Origin: Takakia lepidozioides
Taxonomy: Eukaryota; Plantae; Bryophyta
Reading direction: 5' to 3'
Assembly (NCBI GenBank): GCA_030704615.1
Contig: CM060734.1
Span: forward strand, 13,020,001-13,084,000
DNA: 64,000 nucleotides
The notes beneath the pieces are model-generated. The model was given only the letters and a program-made list of their open reading frames with translations. It searched no databases and was not told where the DNA came from. The position numbers were made by a program, and so were the translations under genes. Shown piece by piece: positions 38,201 to 49,804 of this stretch (position 1 is the first letter of the stretch; every line of letters begins with the position of its first letter).

Positions 38201-39800
38201 GACCGTAGTAGCTGGGAAATCGGAATCCGGGATTCGCAGGAGCCACGGACTCCTCGACCAAGATCGTCACCCCCGCTCGAGGCGTAGTGGCCTACGATAT
38301 ACTCAAAGCACCAATGTTTCCACACCGAACCAGTATCTTCTGTGTAATCTGTGTACCATAACAATGTCTCCCGATGTGGCCGGAATACATTGCATAATCG
38401 ATGCTCCAAATGGGCAGTCGTCCCGGTTTCGGAAGCACGGCATCCTTGCAAAGGGGACCTGAGAACGACTTGGATGCAATGACAATGACCTTGCGGACAG
38501 CTCGAAGCCCTTGATTTTGGAAATGACGCGAAGCGGAGAGCAGTCCGGCCCTCCAAATAATGGAGCATCTGGGTCCCGCGTACCCACCGACGGAGTGGAT
38601 GAACCCATACATCTTTCTCATCAAGAGTTTATAGTTTTAAGATCTGCCACCGAAGTCCATCCCCCGGATGGAAATTCGGCGCCGCATTTACATCGAAGAG
38701 GGGATGGACTTCGTCGTGTCCAGTGGCTATCGGCCCACCTGGCAGTGAATGCCCATAGTTTGCTTGGCAGGTAGGAAACTGAAACGCTACATTCATGAAG
38801 CACCAATCTTCATCGGTCCAGGATCCTGTAGGGGGAAATTTAAATGTGCCCCTGGAGTGTTTGTGAGGAATTGCAACGTTAGCTTGAACTTTTTCAGCCC
38901 CGCGCTGCTCCTCCTCCATCCGGGAGCTGCTGTCATTGAGCCGTACTCCGCTACTCTTTTTCAAGGATGCCGTGCCGCCAAAACCAGCCGACTGCCCTTA
39001 TCAATGGCCACGATTATGCTATGTTTCAAACCAGAATCAGGAGACATCATTGTCTGGCTCTCTGTTTCACATACTCTGCGGGAATCAAGAGAGTTTTTTT
39101 GCGCGCAATAGAGTATCTGGAGGGCTATTAACCGCTTTGAGCGAGGTGAGGCGAGGGTCAATGCGTCCGTGGGTCCTGAAAATTGTTGACCCTCGATATA
39201 CCAAGCTGGAAAGGGATGCCGGACAGATCACGCACGCCCTCGCTTTGGCGCTGGACTGCTGCCATTGGACAAGGGAGGACGGCACGGGGAAAACTATATC
39301 CGTGCAGATCACTTTTATCCGCTCTTCCAGTGTATGGAGACATTCCGCGATTGCGAAGACGAATCCACGGGCACGATGATGCCCACAGTGACCTTGTCAA
39401 TGTATATGGTGGTGTATCAATTGATGGACATGACATTTGTTTTTCGTCGGCTTCCAGCAGGGCAGGCAGAGACGACCGAATTGCAGTTTACCTCGAGTGC
39501 CGTTGCAGTGATCAGCTTGTTTTGAGGGTATCGAAGTTCCGTCTACTTGCGAAGCCATGTAGAAGGAGGAAGGGTTAGTTTTGTCTGCAGTTGGTAAATG
39601 TGAGACATCGGTGCCGACAATAACCCATCGTCCTCACTTCTGTATGATTGTGTTTCATCTGTTGATAAACTTCTCGGAATTGGCCGACTATTCAATTTTG
39701 ATTCTTCATTTTCTACAATGTGTCTGTCCGGATGATTAGCAGAGTAACCGGTATGTAGTCATGTGTCGAAATATACCAGAGTAACGCCATGTCGGACATT

Positions 39801-40505
39801 GAAATGCGGCAGGCCCGCATTTCCATGTGGGACAAGGAATGCGGTGCATCATTTCCGTCCAGGTACACAACGAAATACCAACACGGGTCTATAAATGGAC
39901 AGACAACGAGTTGGTCTATTGCAAATGCGGCGACGCTTCCAGCTTGGCAATGGAAACTTCTTTTGGACAAGGAATGCGTGCCGCATTTCCGTCCAACATT
40001 TCGAAAAGTGCACCTATTCCGACCAACGCGATGGAATGCATTACTTGACCGCATTTCCGTGAGAGGGTCTGCAAATGGACAAATTGCGATGTCCGTTCTG
40101 GAAATGCGGCGCCGCATTTCCATGTCCGTCATCGACTTTTTTTTTACAATGGAATGCGGTGCCAATTTTTTGCTGATGGCCTGCAGTTTCGAACAACAAA
40201 CCATCCCCAATATGGAAATGCGGCACCGCATTTCAATTCCGCCATCTCGACCTCCTTGTTTCGACCTCCTTGTTTCGACCTCTAAGCGTGGTGGCATCCA
40301 TGCAATGATCGGGAGCTGCCAAAACTGGCGTGTGGACAAAAGGAAATTTTGGAAATGCGGCACCGCATTTCCAATCGGCCGATTATTTTTTACTATGCCA
40401 ACATTGAAATGGAAAATTTAGTCCTCCCCTGTTTTGGAAATTCGGTCCGCATTTCCAAAAGAGGTTCTTAGAGTTGCCAAAATTTGGAATGCGGTGCCCC
40501 ATTTC
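39801..40505. repeat. Dispersed array of ~10 imperfect palindromes GGAAATGCGG-n-CCGCATTTCC
   Basis: Motif seen near 39801, 39836, 39921, 39971, 40100, 40151, 40213, 40351, 40436 and 40486. Confidence 0.75.
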
Positions 40506-41067
40506 TGATTTTTGGGAGCGTCGTGTTTGAGCGATTGTGTGGCTGGAATGCACACTGGAGAGGGTCACGAATGTCTGGCAGAATTTCCTTTATATACTCT
40601 GGAAGAGATTTACATTTACAGAGACTTCATTAAAATTCTTTTAATCTTAAAATCTTGAAATCATCCGAATCCCCATCTGTTTCTAAGACTGTCCTGCTCC
40701 GCCTCCACCCCTCAGTGCCTTTCTCATCTCCAGCGGACTGCTCGTTGGCCGGCTTTCGAAAATCCCATCTTCCCCTTGCGGACTGTCCATCTCACTCCGT
40801 TGGGTCGTCCTTCCTCCCTGTCTGCGTCGCTCTCTCCGCTGAATCACATATGTACTTTCGTACCCGTCTACCTGTCTTAGCTGCTGCCAACTCTTTCTTA
40901 TCGCTTTCTTTCCTCCCTACCCTCTCCACAATCTGCTCTACTTACTGGATTCTCACTTCTTCTAATCGCTTGATTTGCGAGTTTAGCTGCATAACTAGGA
41001 GGGAGTAGTCCCCACCGGGCTCGTCATGAAGTCGGCCCTCGCAAAGAACGGGCACATTCGTCCTGGC

Positions 41068-41567
41068 NNNNNNNNNNNNNNNNNNNNNNNNNNNNNNNNN
41101 NNNNNNNNNNNNNNNNNNNNNNNNNNNNNNNNNNNNNNNNNNNNNNNNNNNNNNNNNNNNNNNNNNNNNNNNNNNNNNNNNNNNNNNNNNNNNNNNNNNN
41201 NNNNNNNNNNNNNNNNNNNNNNNNNNNNNNNNNNNNNNNNNNNNNNNNNNNNNNNNNNNNNNNNNNNNNNNNNNNNNNNNNNNNNNNNNNNNNNNNNNNN
41301 NNNNNNNNNNNNNNNNNNNNNNNNNNNNNNNNNNNNNNNNNNNNNNNNNNNNNNNNNNNNNNNNNNNNNNNNNNNNNNNNNNNNNNNNNNNNNNNNNNNN
41401 NNNNNNNNNNNNNNNNNNNNNNNNNNNNNNNNNNNNNNNNNNNNNNNNNNNNNNNNNNNNNNNNNNNNNNNNNNNNNNNNNNNNNNNNNNNNNNNNNNNN
41501 NNNNNNNNNNNNNNNNNNNNNNNNNNNNNNNNNNNNNNNNNNNNNNNNNNNNNNNNNNNNNNNNNNN
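41068..41567. other. Assembly gap (500 N)
   Basis: Run of n; the round size suggests a scaffolding placeholder. Confidence 0.99.
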
Positions 41568-43032
41568 TGCACTTTTGCCATGTGCCGGGCTCCCCACAAT
41601 TGAAACACACTACATCAAGGTTGCATTCTGTCCGCCATAGGCCGCCTCCACCCGCTTTTCCTTTCGAAGACCGGGTACCGCCTTGACTTGTGATGCCCTC
41701 CCTTCGATTTCCACATTGCTATTGTCGCCGCGTGGCCTTATACCACTTCTTTTCCGGTCGGAAGGGAGTCACCTTCCCACCGGGTCTTCTTGTGGTTCAG
41801 CTCCGTACGGCCTTGTTCTTTCACCCTGGGGAACCTGAGACATATTAGCCCTCTCAATTGCCTCGTTTAAAGTCTTAGGTGGCTTCTCCTCCAACTTCCG
41901 CCTGCGCCATGGGGCCAACCCCGCCACAAAGTTGAAGACCATTTCTGGGTTCCGCCTATCGCGATTCGAGCAACAACACATTGAAGCCTGACATATCCCG
42001 AATCTGTTGCTTCAAATTCTCATCTTGTCCCGGGCAAGCCAGGACGCATTGAGGGGGCACAAACTGTCTCTTCATCAATTCCTTGAACCCACTCCAGTTC
42101 AAGGTTTCCGGACTTGGACCTCGGTCGTGAAGGCATTTCTGCCAATTGTTGAGCATAGCCCCTCAAATAGGTAGAGCCCCACTTCCACCCGATCCTCGTC
42201 ACCAACTTGGCCGCCCGGAAGTACTGCTCTAGCTCCAGGAGCCAGGTGTTTGGGCCTTCCGATTTTGGACGCCCTCGAAAGGTGTCGGGTTCATTAGGCT
42301 TCACCTTAAACTTTGCCTTAGTGGAAGTGGCATTAGCCGCCTTCAACACGTCTTTCAACGTCCCGCCAAACTGCGGCCAACAACCCTCCCAAAAGGCTTG
42401 CCGGCATGGGCGGCATCTCTTGGTTTGTCGGAGCTCTCAGGATCCTCGGGCTCCGACTCCTCGGATTTCCTCCCGCTTGAGCGGCCTCGTTTTCGGAAAC
42501 ATGCATCGCTCCTCAAACGGGCCACCCGGGACACGTCGCCCCATCGGGCTCACCAGGATCATCTCTTTGGGCCGTTCCGCTTTCGCTTGGCTTGCCCGAC
42601 CCCATGATGAGGCCAATCCCAAGGAAGATCGCGTACTAAACTCTAAGCTCTGATACCAAGTGTCGCGCACCTCACTTCGGTAAACTCCCTTAAGTCATAG
42701 TTACTCGCTTTGATGCTGCGCGCCTGACTCCCCAATCTGGCCGCGGGCCAACTTGGAAGTTCGGCTGCTACAGGGACATAAAGGTCCCCCTTCGCTCCCC
42801 CACTAAACCCTCCACTATTGGGCCTTAGGTGGAAATTCCCTTTCGTAGATGGCAGTCCGGGAACAGCTCCCCACTCTTTGGTTCGCTTTCCGGCTCCTCG
42901 TTACTCACTAGTTTGGTCACAACGGGCTTGCACCGTTCTCGGGTTACTACTCCCTATATTACTTCTGTAGCTGTCCGCGGGGGTTCACAACAGCCATGCA
43001 ATTTTATGGAACCACCACGAAAAACCCTGACT
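41568..43032 (-). mobile_element. Chromovirus copy 2: gag, iMet PBS (42647-42658) and partial 5' LTR (42661-43032), indel-rich
   Basis: Colinear with ~8534-10033. Confidence 0.92.
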
Positions 43033-43377
43033 TGTCAAGTTAAATAAGCAAGTGTGAAAACAGCTAGAATAAAACTAGTTATTTGTATTTAACACTTGGA
43101 TTTAGGTCAAGTGTTAAATCAGGTGTCAAGTTTAGTTTGACACCTGGTCCGTCTTATCTTCACGAGAGCGGCAGTCGCGCAGCTCATCTCTCTCGAGTTG
43201 AGCGCGCGACCGAGCTCCTGCATGCGTTTAGATTTGAGTGTGCTTATGTAGGGGTACAGGTTGTTGTGGGGTGGAGTCCCCATAGCTTGGGGTGCCCCTG
43301 GCTCGACTACTATTTCTAAGAGTGATGGTTTGGTTTTCATGTTTTGTGTCAACAATGTGTTCGTTGGATTTCTATCA
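43033..43377 (+). repeat. Terminal repeat A1 (TGTCAAG...CTATCA)
   Basis: Near-identical to A2 at 54538-54886, differing by small indels. Confidence 0.95.
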
Positions 43378-43390
43378 CTCGAGAGAGATG
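43378..43390 (+). promoter_or_regulatory. Putative self-priming PBS CTCGAGAGAGATG
   Basis: Perfect reverse complement of CATCTCTCTCGAG at 43185-43197 inside A1; no TGG tRNA-type PBS at this position. Confidence 0.75.
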
Positions 43391-45501
43391 CTCTCTTACC
43401 TGTGAGTGCAAGGTAGGAGTTGAGGGTTAGCACTTGCAAGATTACCTGCGTATAAGTAGTGCTTAGTTTGAGAAGCATATCATTGAATGTGACCACAAGA
43501 TTCAGCGTGCCCTGAAACGCCTGGAGGATGACGATGCCAGAGCCGCCACTGTTATTGCAGTCGCTGAAGCTACCAAGTCACTAGAGGCTTTGGGGTACAC
43601 AAGGAGATACTTAAAAATGCAGCAGCAAATGCTAGTTGGCACCTATGCATGATCCTTGAAGCTGGATGATCGTTTCACCAGTAAGCTTATAGAGGAGCCT
43701 GCTGTTGCAATTGTTTTGTATCGGGGGTCGGTCTTGGACCAAATTAGCTTCAGCTTCTTTGTCAATCATTTGCTTTGATCATGCAAGAGCGCCATGCAGC
43801 GGGTTAAGGGGCAGGGCTATGGAGCAGAAAAAGCGGCATCCTCTTCGCAATGCGCAGAGGAAGGAGTTCCGTGTATATGGTTGCTATGGAGCCTCGCCAA
43901 CAGCAGAACTTTGCGCTTTCCGTTCTTGGGGTGCTGCATTGTATGCGCCCTAGGATCCGGGCTTGGAATTGTCTTCTGACCAATTCAGCAGACAGAAACG
44001 AACGACGAACGTACTTTGGCCTGATTCCCTACAGTAAGCAGGAGATATATAGCTCAACGCCATCAACGAGTACACCAAGGAGGTTGTACACCACAGCAAG
44101 TGCCGTCAGAATTTGTCGCCGGAGGATCCAGGCCAAGCAGCATACGATGGCCACCTCACGGCCAGGCTTGGAACGGCTTACCATACCATATGAGGAACTT
44201 GTCGAAGTAGAGGAAAAAACTTTCACAGACATGTCTGGCGAGATTTGAAGAGTAGTTTCTTGCTTTGACGTTGTTTCATGTCCTCTGGTTCATGGAGCTC
44301 ATGACAAACAAAGTCGAGCGGCAGCGGACGTACTGGGCGCCGAGCAGAAAGGATGGTTAGGGGGACGACGGTTTCCCTTGCCAGCAGCTAAGTCGTAAAG
44401 ATTGAAGTCCACCATGTCAGAAATCCATTTCGAGCCGCTACCATGGATGCTTCATTGGGTTGGGATCCTGACGCTTTTAAGGCCACATAACACTTGACGT
44501 GGTGGTGCTAAGGTCACCTGCAGGAGCTTCATGATAAGTGTCCCAGGATCCGTCAGTTCTTTGCAGGCTCTGAATGCAACGCACGACTTTTTCTTCTTTG
44601 GGTCATCTGTAACGCCCAGGAAATGCATAGCCAGAATCCACTCCGCTTCATTGTACAGCCTGATTCGACCTGGCCCGCCAATAGCCCTCTGGATTCTGCT
44701 TACAGGAAACTCCAGTCAATTGCATCGTTGATGACCTGATCAAGCGGTGTTGCATCCATGGACTCAAATGCTCCCATACACCCACTTCCCTGCAGTAAGC
44801 AGTTCACATTCACAAAAGGCTAGAGTTTCAGCTGCAGGATGGAGACGACGGGTTTGGGAACGGCGGAGCCGAGCTACGCTGGGGATAGACGGGCGATTCA
44901 GGAGCCAGGGCTTTCTCCCCGTAACTGGAATGGGCCGGGGACCCGCAAGCTCCAGCACAAAGTCCAGTGCTTCCCGCTGGTAATCCTCCTCAGTGATTAT
45001 CGTTAGCCACCAAGGCCTCGAACAGACTGTGAGTGACCCCTCGCTGTACATGGCGTCCATAAACATGTCTTCCTCCCCCTCTCTTGGTGCGCAAGCCTGC
45101 AAGCAATCACGGAAGACATACACTCTTTCACAACAAGACACTACTGAGTGCCACAGTTCCTTCCTCTCTCTCTCTCCTCACTTCGGTATGCAGAGAGACT
45201 GGAGCAAGGTGTGAATTATAGGGCACGTGGCCAGGGAACCTAGGAACCATATAGAGCGTAGGGAACGGGAACCAGTTACCAGATAGTTGGGGAACTTTAA
45301 ATTTTTAATTTGAAAACCTGAGAAAAAAAAAAAAAAAAAAAACAGGGCATTTTGATCTAATTTAAATGGTTTAAAGCCAAATTGGTCATATCTTTGTCAA
45401 ATGGACTCTGTTTGACCCAGTTTTTGAGGGGATAGCTGCAGAAAGGGGAAAATCTACCAATTGGGACTCTGCTAAAAATCTATGGAATTTTTAGAGTGTG
45501 A

Positions 45502-46620
45502 GTGTGCCATGAAAGATCCACAATTCTGTTTCTAGAACCTGTGCTGGTCTATATGAGAGACAAATCTGTGGATGTACTCCTTGTATGGCTGTGGGGAAAT
45601 GAGGACGTAATTGAAGGGCAGGTCTCTTCTCTTAGCCTGTGCACACAAGGGGACAGGATTTATGTTTCCCAAGGAACTCAGACTGATTTGAGTGGAGAAC
45701 AGTTGGACGAGTTGATTGCATACTGGGAGTCAGGCATTAGCAGTAGACAACAGACTGCTGTAGTTGGCGTTGAGGGCCTCAATATCGCCTTGGACAGTCA
45801 GAACTCTGTTGGAGCCAGCAGTTCTGCAGCTGTAAGTGAAATACCAAAGTGGGTGAAAGCTAGGCTTGGAACACAGCCAAAGACAGCCCCGGGGACCAAG
45901 GTGTTCAGCCACAAGGCCGTGGTGTACTGGAGCAGAGGAGCAGGAGCTACACAAGTTTGTGCAATCAGACAGCGTTGCAGCCGGACACGCTCTGCACAAG
46001 GCAACCACGAGCGGGGGTTCATTAGCGAGGACAAGTTTGTTCTGTTTGAAGGAGATGCAGTCATTCGCAATGAGGACACCCGCAACCGTCTCAAAGCTTT
46101 CGAGTTGAGAGACTATCAGACCCTACCTTTGTTTTCTTTAGTGTTCAGTGAGCGGGAGATAGCAGAGTGTTGCTTTGTCTCTACCTGGCAAAAAGAGGAG
46201 GAGGGTTGGTTAGAGCGAGCTACTGTAGCTTGGGACAAGGTTAGTGGCAGGTTTCTGGACATAGATATACCTCCTACACCTTACCATCATGCAGAGCGAG
46301 GCACTTTGAGAGAAGTCTGGCAGTTGAAGTTGATACATAGATCAGGATTAGATCTTGCTGGGTCGGGCTTCTATTCTTCCCCTCCATCTCTGTACTATTT
46401 TCATTACCTTGTACTTGTAGTTGCCAAAGCCTCTCTTGGTGGAGGCCAGTCAGTCCGGGGTTTTGGGCTGGGATATTCTGCAGGATCAGCGTTTGCTGCT
46501 GGATTTTGGTGTGGGGGTGTTGATGTTTTGATTTCTTGTGTTTGGATCCCCCCCAACACCTGCATGCTTGACTGTGCGCCATGTTGGTTTTGTGTGGGCG
46601 CTTGCTTTCATAAGGATTAG
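45502..46620 (+). CDS. Hypothetical ORF of up to 372 aa upstream of gag inside the DNMT element
   Basis: Long stop-free frame with globular-looking composition in its middle; no recognised motif; start uncertain. Confidence 0.4.
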   Translation: MCHERSTILFLEPVLVYMRDKSVDVLLVWLWGNEDVIEGQVSSLSLCTQGDRIYVSQGTQTDLSGEQLDELIAYWESGISSRQQTAVVGVEGLNIALDSQNSVGASSSAAVSEIPKWVKARLGTQPKTAPGTKVFSHKAVVYWSRGAGATQVCAIRQRCSRTRSAQGNHERGFISEDKFVLFEGDAVIRNEDTRNRLKAFELRDYQTLPLFSLVFSEREIAECCFVSTWQKEEEGWLERATVAWDKVSGRFLDIDIPPTPYHHAERGTLREVWQLKLIHRSGLDLAGSGFYSSPPSLYYFHYLVLVVAKASLGGGQSVRGFGLGYSAGSAFAAGFWCGGVDVLISCVWIPPNTCMLDCAPCWFCVGACFHKD

Positions 46621-47075
46621 GCCGGATTTGATCACCGGTCAATCCTAGAGTATGCTGTCGGTGGTGAGGCTGGAGTGATGACCAGCAAGACCACCAGTGT
46701 TTCTTCTATGGTGAGGCTGGGTTGATGACCAGCCAACCATAGGAGTTCTTGCGGTGGATGCAGGTGCAGGTGCCCTGAGCCATTGGGATATGACCCTTAG
46801 ACTGCAACAGGTGCCCACCCGTGTCACTATTAGATTAGTACTAGAGACTTATAGTGTCACGTGGAGGAGGTGCACATTGTGAGTGTCATTACGGAGTTAC
46901 CCAAGGGTTTTGAGGGGAGTACGGCTACAAGCAGTACCAGTGAGAGTGGGTTCACAAGACGAGGTATTCGGTTCAGACCACCTTCACCGCCACCCTCAAC
47001 TACTGTAGAGTCAGACACGACTCGGAGGCTTCATCAACAGGTGTGCAGTTTCATTCGCCATTGTTGTGGGACGAC

Positions 47076-48801
47076 ATGGAGGAGATGTATGGAGCTACCA
47101 AGGGGCCTCGTAGGTACTCTGGAGCTGTGGGCACAATCGAGTTGGATGACTTTATCCAGGAGTTCGACAGCTGGTGTGATTTGCAGCAGATGCGCAATCC
47201 ACAGCTATTCACCCCATTCATGGCGTGGAAGGGACTGTTCCAGCATTTGGAAGGCCCGCCTATGGACGATTACCACGAGTTCAGGCGAGGACATGAAGCA
47301 GAGATTGAGGAGTGGAGGATGTATTGGTCACCTGACTACGTCTCCATTACTCGAGGCACGACGCGACCAGTAGCTGCATCAGTACCAATAGCTCCCACTG
47401 CCAGCACTAGTAGTGGAGCAAGTAGTGCTGGTACTTCTGCAGGTGGTACCAGTTCAAAAGGTGCTACTACTCCTCCTGCCACGACTACAACACATGTGCC
47501 TAGATTCAACCCGGTGGTGGAGTTCTTCCAGGAGTTGCGGAGGAACTACCAAGGTGTACGGACAGAGAAGCTGCGAAGTTTGCAAGACTTCCAGCGCAAA
47601 CCCAGTGAGAGCCTGCGAGAGGCGTACACTCGTATGAGGCGCTTGATAAGTGTGACCCAAGGGGTTACTGAAGCTCAGGCAATCCAGTTTTGGTATGGAA
47701 TTTTGGACAAGGAGCTCAAGAGAAGGGTGCGAGATGCAACCCTGTTACAAGCAGCCCAACCCACATTAGCAGATGTGTTTCTGCTGGCTGAGCGGATTGA
47801 GCTCAACATGGTGGAGGAGCGAGTTGTTACCATTGGATTTGGCAAGGACATGCCTACACGAGGCGTAGCTGCCAGCCCACAGGCACAAGGAAGCGCTCAA
47901 CAGCGTGGTCAGGGGGGCAAGGTTGCCCAGCCCAAGTTCCATGGAGCTTACAGGGGACTCAGGTGCAGAGGCCCGTGGCATCTTTTGCAGGCCAACAGCA
48001 ACCAGGGGTGATATGTTGGACATGTGGAGGACCCATGTCAAGAGAGATTGCCCAGAGAGTGGCAGAAGGCCGGCACAAGCACAGCCTGCACAGTTGCAGT
48101 GTGGGCATTGTGGCAAGTATGGGCATGGAGATGCCCAGTGTTATGACTTGCATCCTGAGTTGCGCCCAGGCCAGTTCCAAGGGAACAATGGTGGCCGGGG
48201 GCGAGGTGGACCAGCCCAAAGAGGACGAGGTGGTCGGGCACGAGGTGCAGGCCAAGGGCAAGCTCCACATGGCCAAGGACGCGGAGGTCAGGGTGTTGAC
48301 CAAGGCATGGCCAATCGGCTTCAGCAGCTAGAGCAGAGGCTCGCTGCCATGGCTATAGCTCAGGCGGTACCGGCTCCCAGGCGGGATGGTCCACCTCCTG
48401 CTCCTGAGGGAGGAGATATGGGAGGCATGGGATTCATGTGCGGAGCAGCACTACCACTAGAGCAGGTGGAGTCTGCTGCAGCCGTGACTCGAGGAGCAGC
48501 ACGAGTTCCTGAGCCACGAGGTGCAGAGGTGGAGTTGGATCCACAATGTGGGGAGGCAAGCCGTCAGGCAAGGCTGCCTCAGTCATTCACCTTGGCGGAG
48601 ACAGTGTCAACGCCATCCATGGCACCTAGTTCTCGCCCGACTGTTACCGAGGCGGAGGTTTCTATGCCATTGGGGAGAGCTACACGTGCAGCACTGACAC
48701 CTGCTGCCAAGGCTAGTGCGGCCGGTGTGTTATTGGGGGCAGCCACCTCTGTGTGTCAGGCCCCACTGTTCTCGGCAACAATGATTGCGACGCCGGGGTG
48801 A
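47076..48801 (+). pseudogene. gag: Gag with two CCHC knuckles and RGG-rich tract (frameshifted)
   Basis: LQDFQRKPSESLREAYTRM capsid-like motif; CWTCGGPH..RDC and CGHCGKYGHGDAQC; ORFs 47043-48011 and 47905-48801. Confidence 0.85.
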
Positions 48802-48989
48802 GACCAGCTGCAGTGTTCAGACTAGCAGCAACACTCTGTGAGAGTGGGGAGGTCACTTCATCTTCTGCGGAGTTAGTGGAAGGTGTAGTGGCAGAGGGAT
48901 CCTCGGATTTGAGGGTCAAGACTGCCACGGCTGCGCCCTGGCAAGCTGCAGCTGTCAGGTTGACGGAGCTGCCAGCTAGGCCAGCCTTT

Positions 48990-49440
48990 GAGCGCGCCAT
49001 GGTGACACCTGGAGTTGTCTTGTTAGACAACCAGGGAGGCATTTTCACTTTGAGTGGACCGGCAGGCAAGAAGTACCGGCCACTGCGGGTCTTGTTGGAC
49101 TCGGGAGCTCAGCCACTGATGTTGGGCAGAGCTGCTATTGCAGGTTTGGGCCTCATGGAGGCGGATATGGAGCCTTGTCCTTTCCAGATACAGACATCTC
49201 TGGGAGGATCAGAGCAGGCTCGGGGCATGACACGGCATCAGTTGGCCATTAGACTGCAGCCGGATCATCCTATCGATGGCTCAGTAATGCGAGCCAAGGC
49301 CATTGTGACAGACGCGGTCTCTTACGATGTCCTCGTTGGTGGGGCAGTGTTATACCCCATGGGCTTCACCCTGGATTTTGGGAGGAGTCAGCATCCTACA
49401 GGCCTGGATGGCAGTCAGGCGATGGTCGTCGTGCACAGCT
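48990..49440 (+). pseudogene. Aspartic protease domain
   Basis: RVLLDSGAQPLM catalytic motif and YDVLVG C-terminal motif. Confidence 0.85.
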
Positions 49441-49804
49441 CCCTGTGACATTCATTGGGGGTATTGCGGCTGCCCAGCGGGGCAAGATGCCAACACTAGC
49501 CGCCTTTACAGCTGCAGTTAGTTGGCCTGGAGAGTTGCTGGAAGGCAATGCCCATGCAGAGGATGTGCCACCTCCAGCAGAGCAGGATGACATGCATGGT
49601 ATGGCGGAGTTGCCTGCCATGGTTGCTCACACTCCATTGTGGGGTACGAGCAAGGATTTGCAGCAGGTTGCTGATCGACGGGTGCAACAAGCCTGGGTAG
49701 AGGCTTTTGTACCGTCAGGAGAGGAGGAGAGTGCGGGTATTGCACCAGGACCACCTCAGTTGTCACCATTGGATACCACACCTATTGTGTGGCAGTATCC
49801 GGAT

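Noticed and set aside
39713-40421. 210-216-aa ORFs on both strands
   Set aside because: They overlap the palindrome array and repeat its translation (EMRRRIS, ECGA); probably non-coding.
40942-41640. ORFs spanning the N run
   Set aside because: Artefacts of translating the gap.
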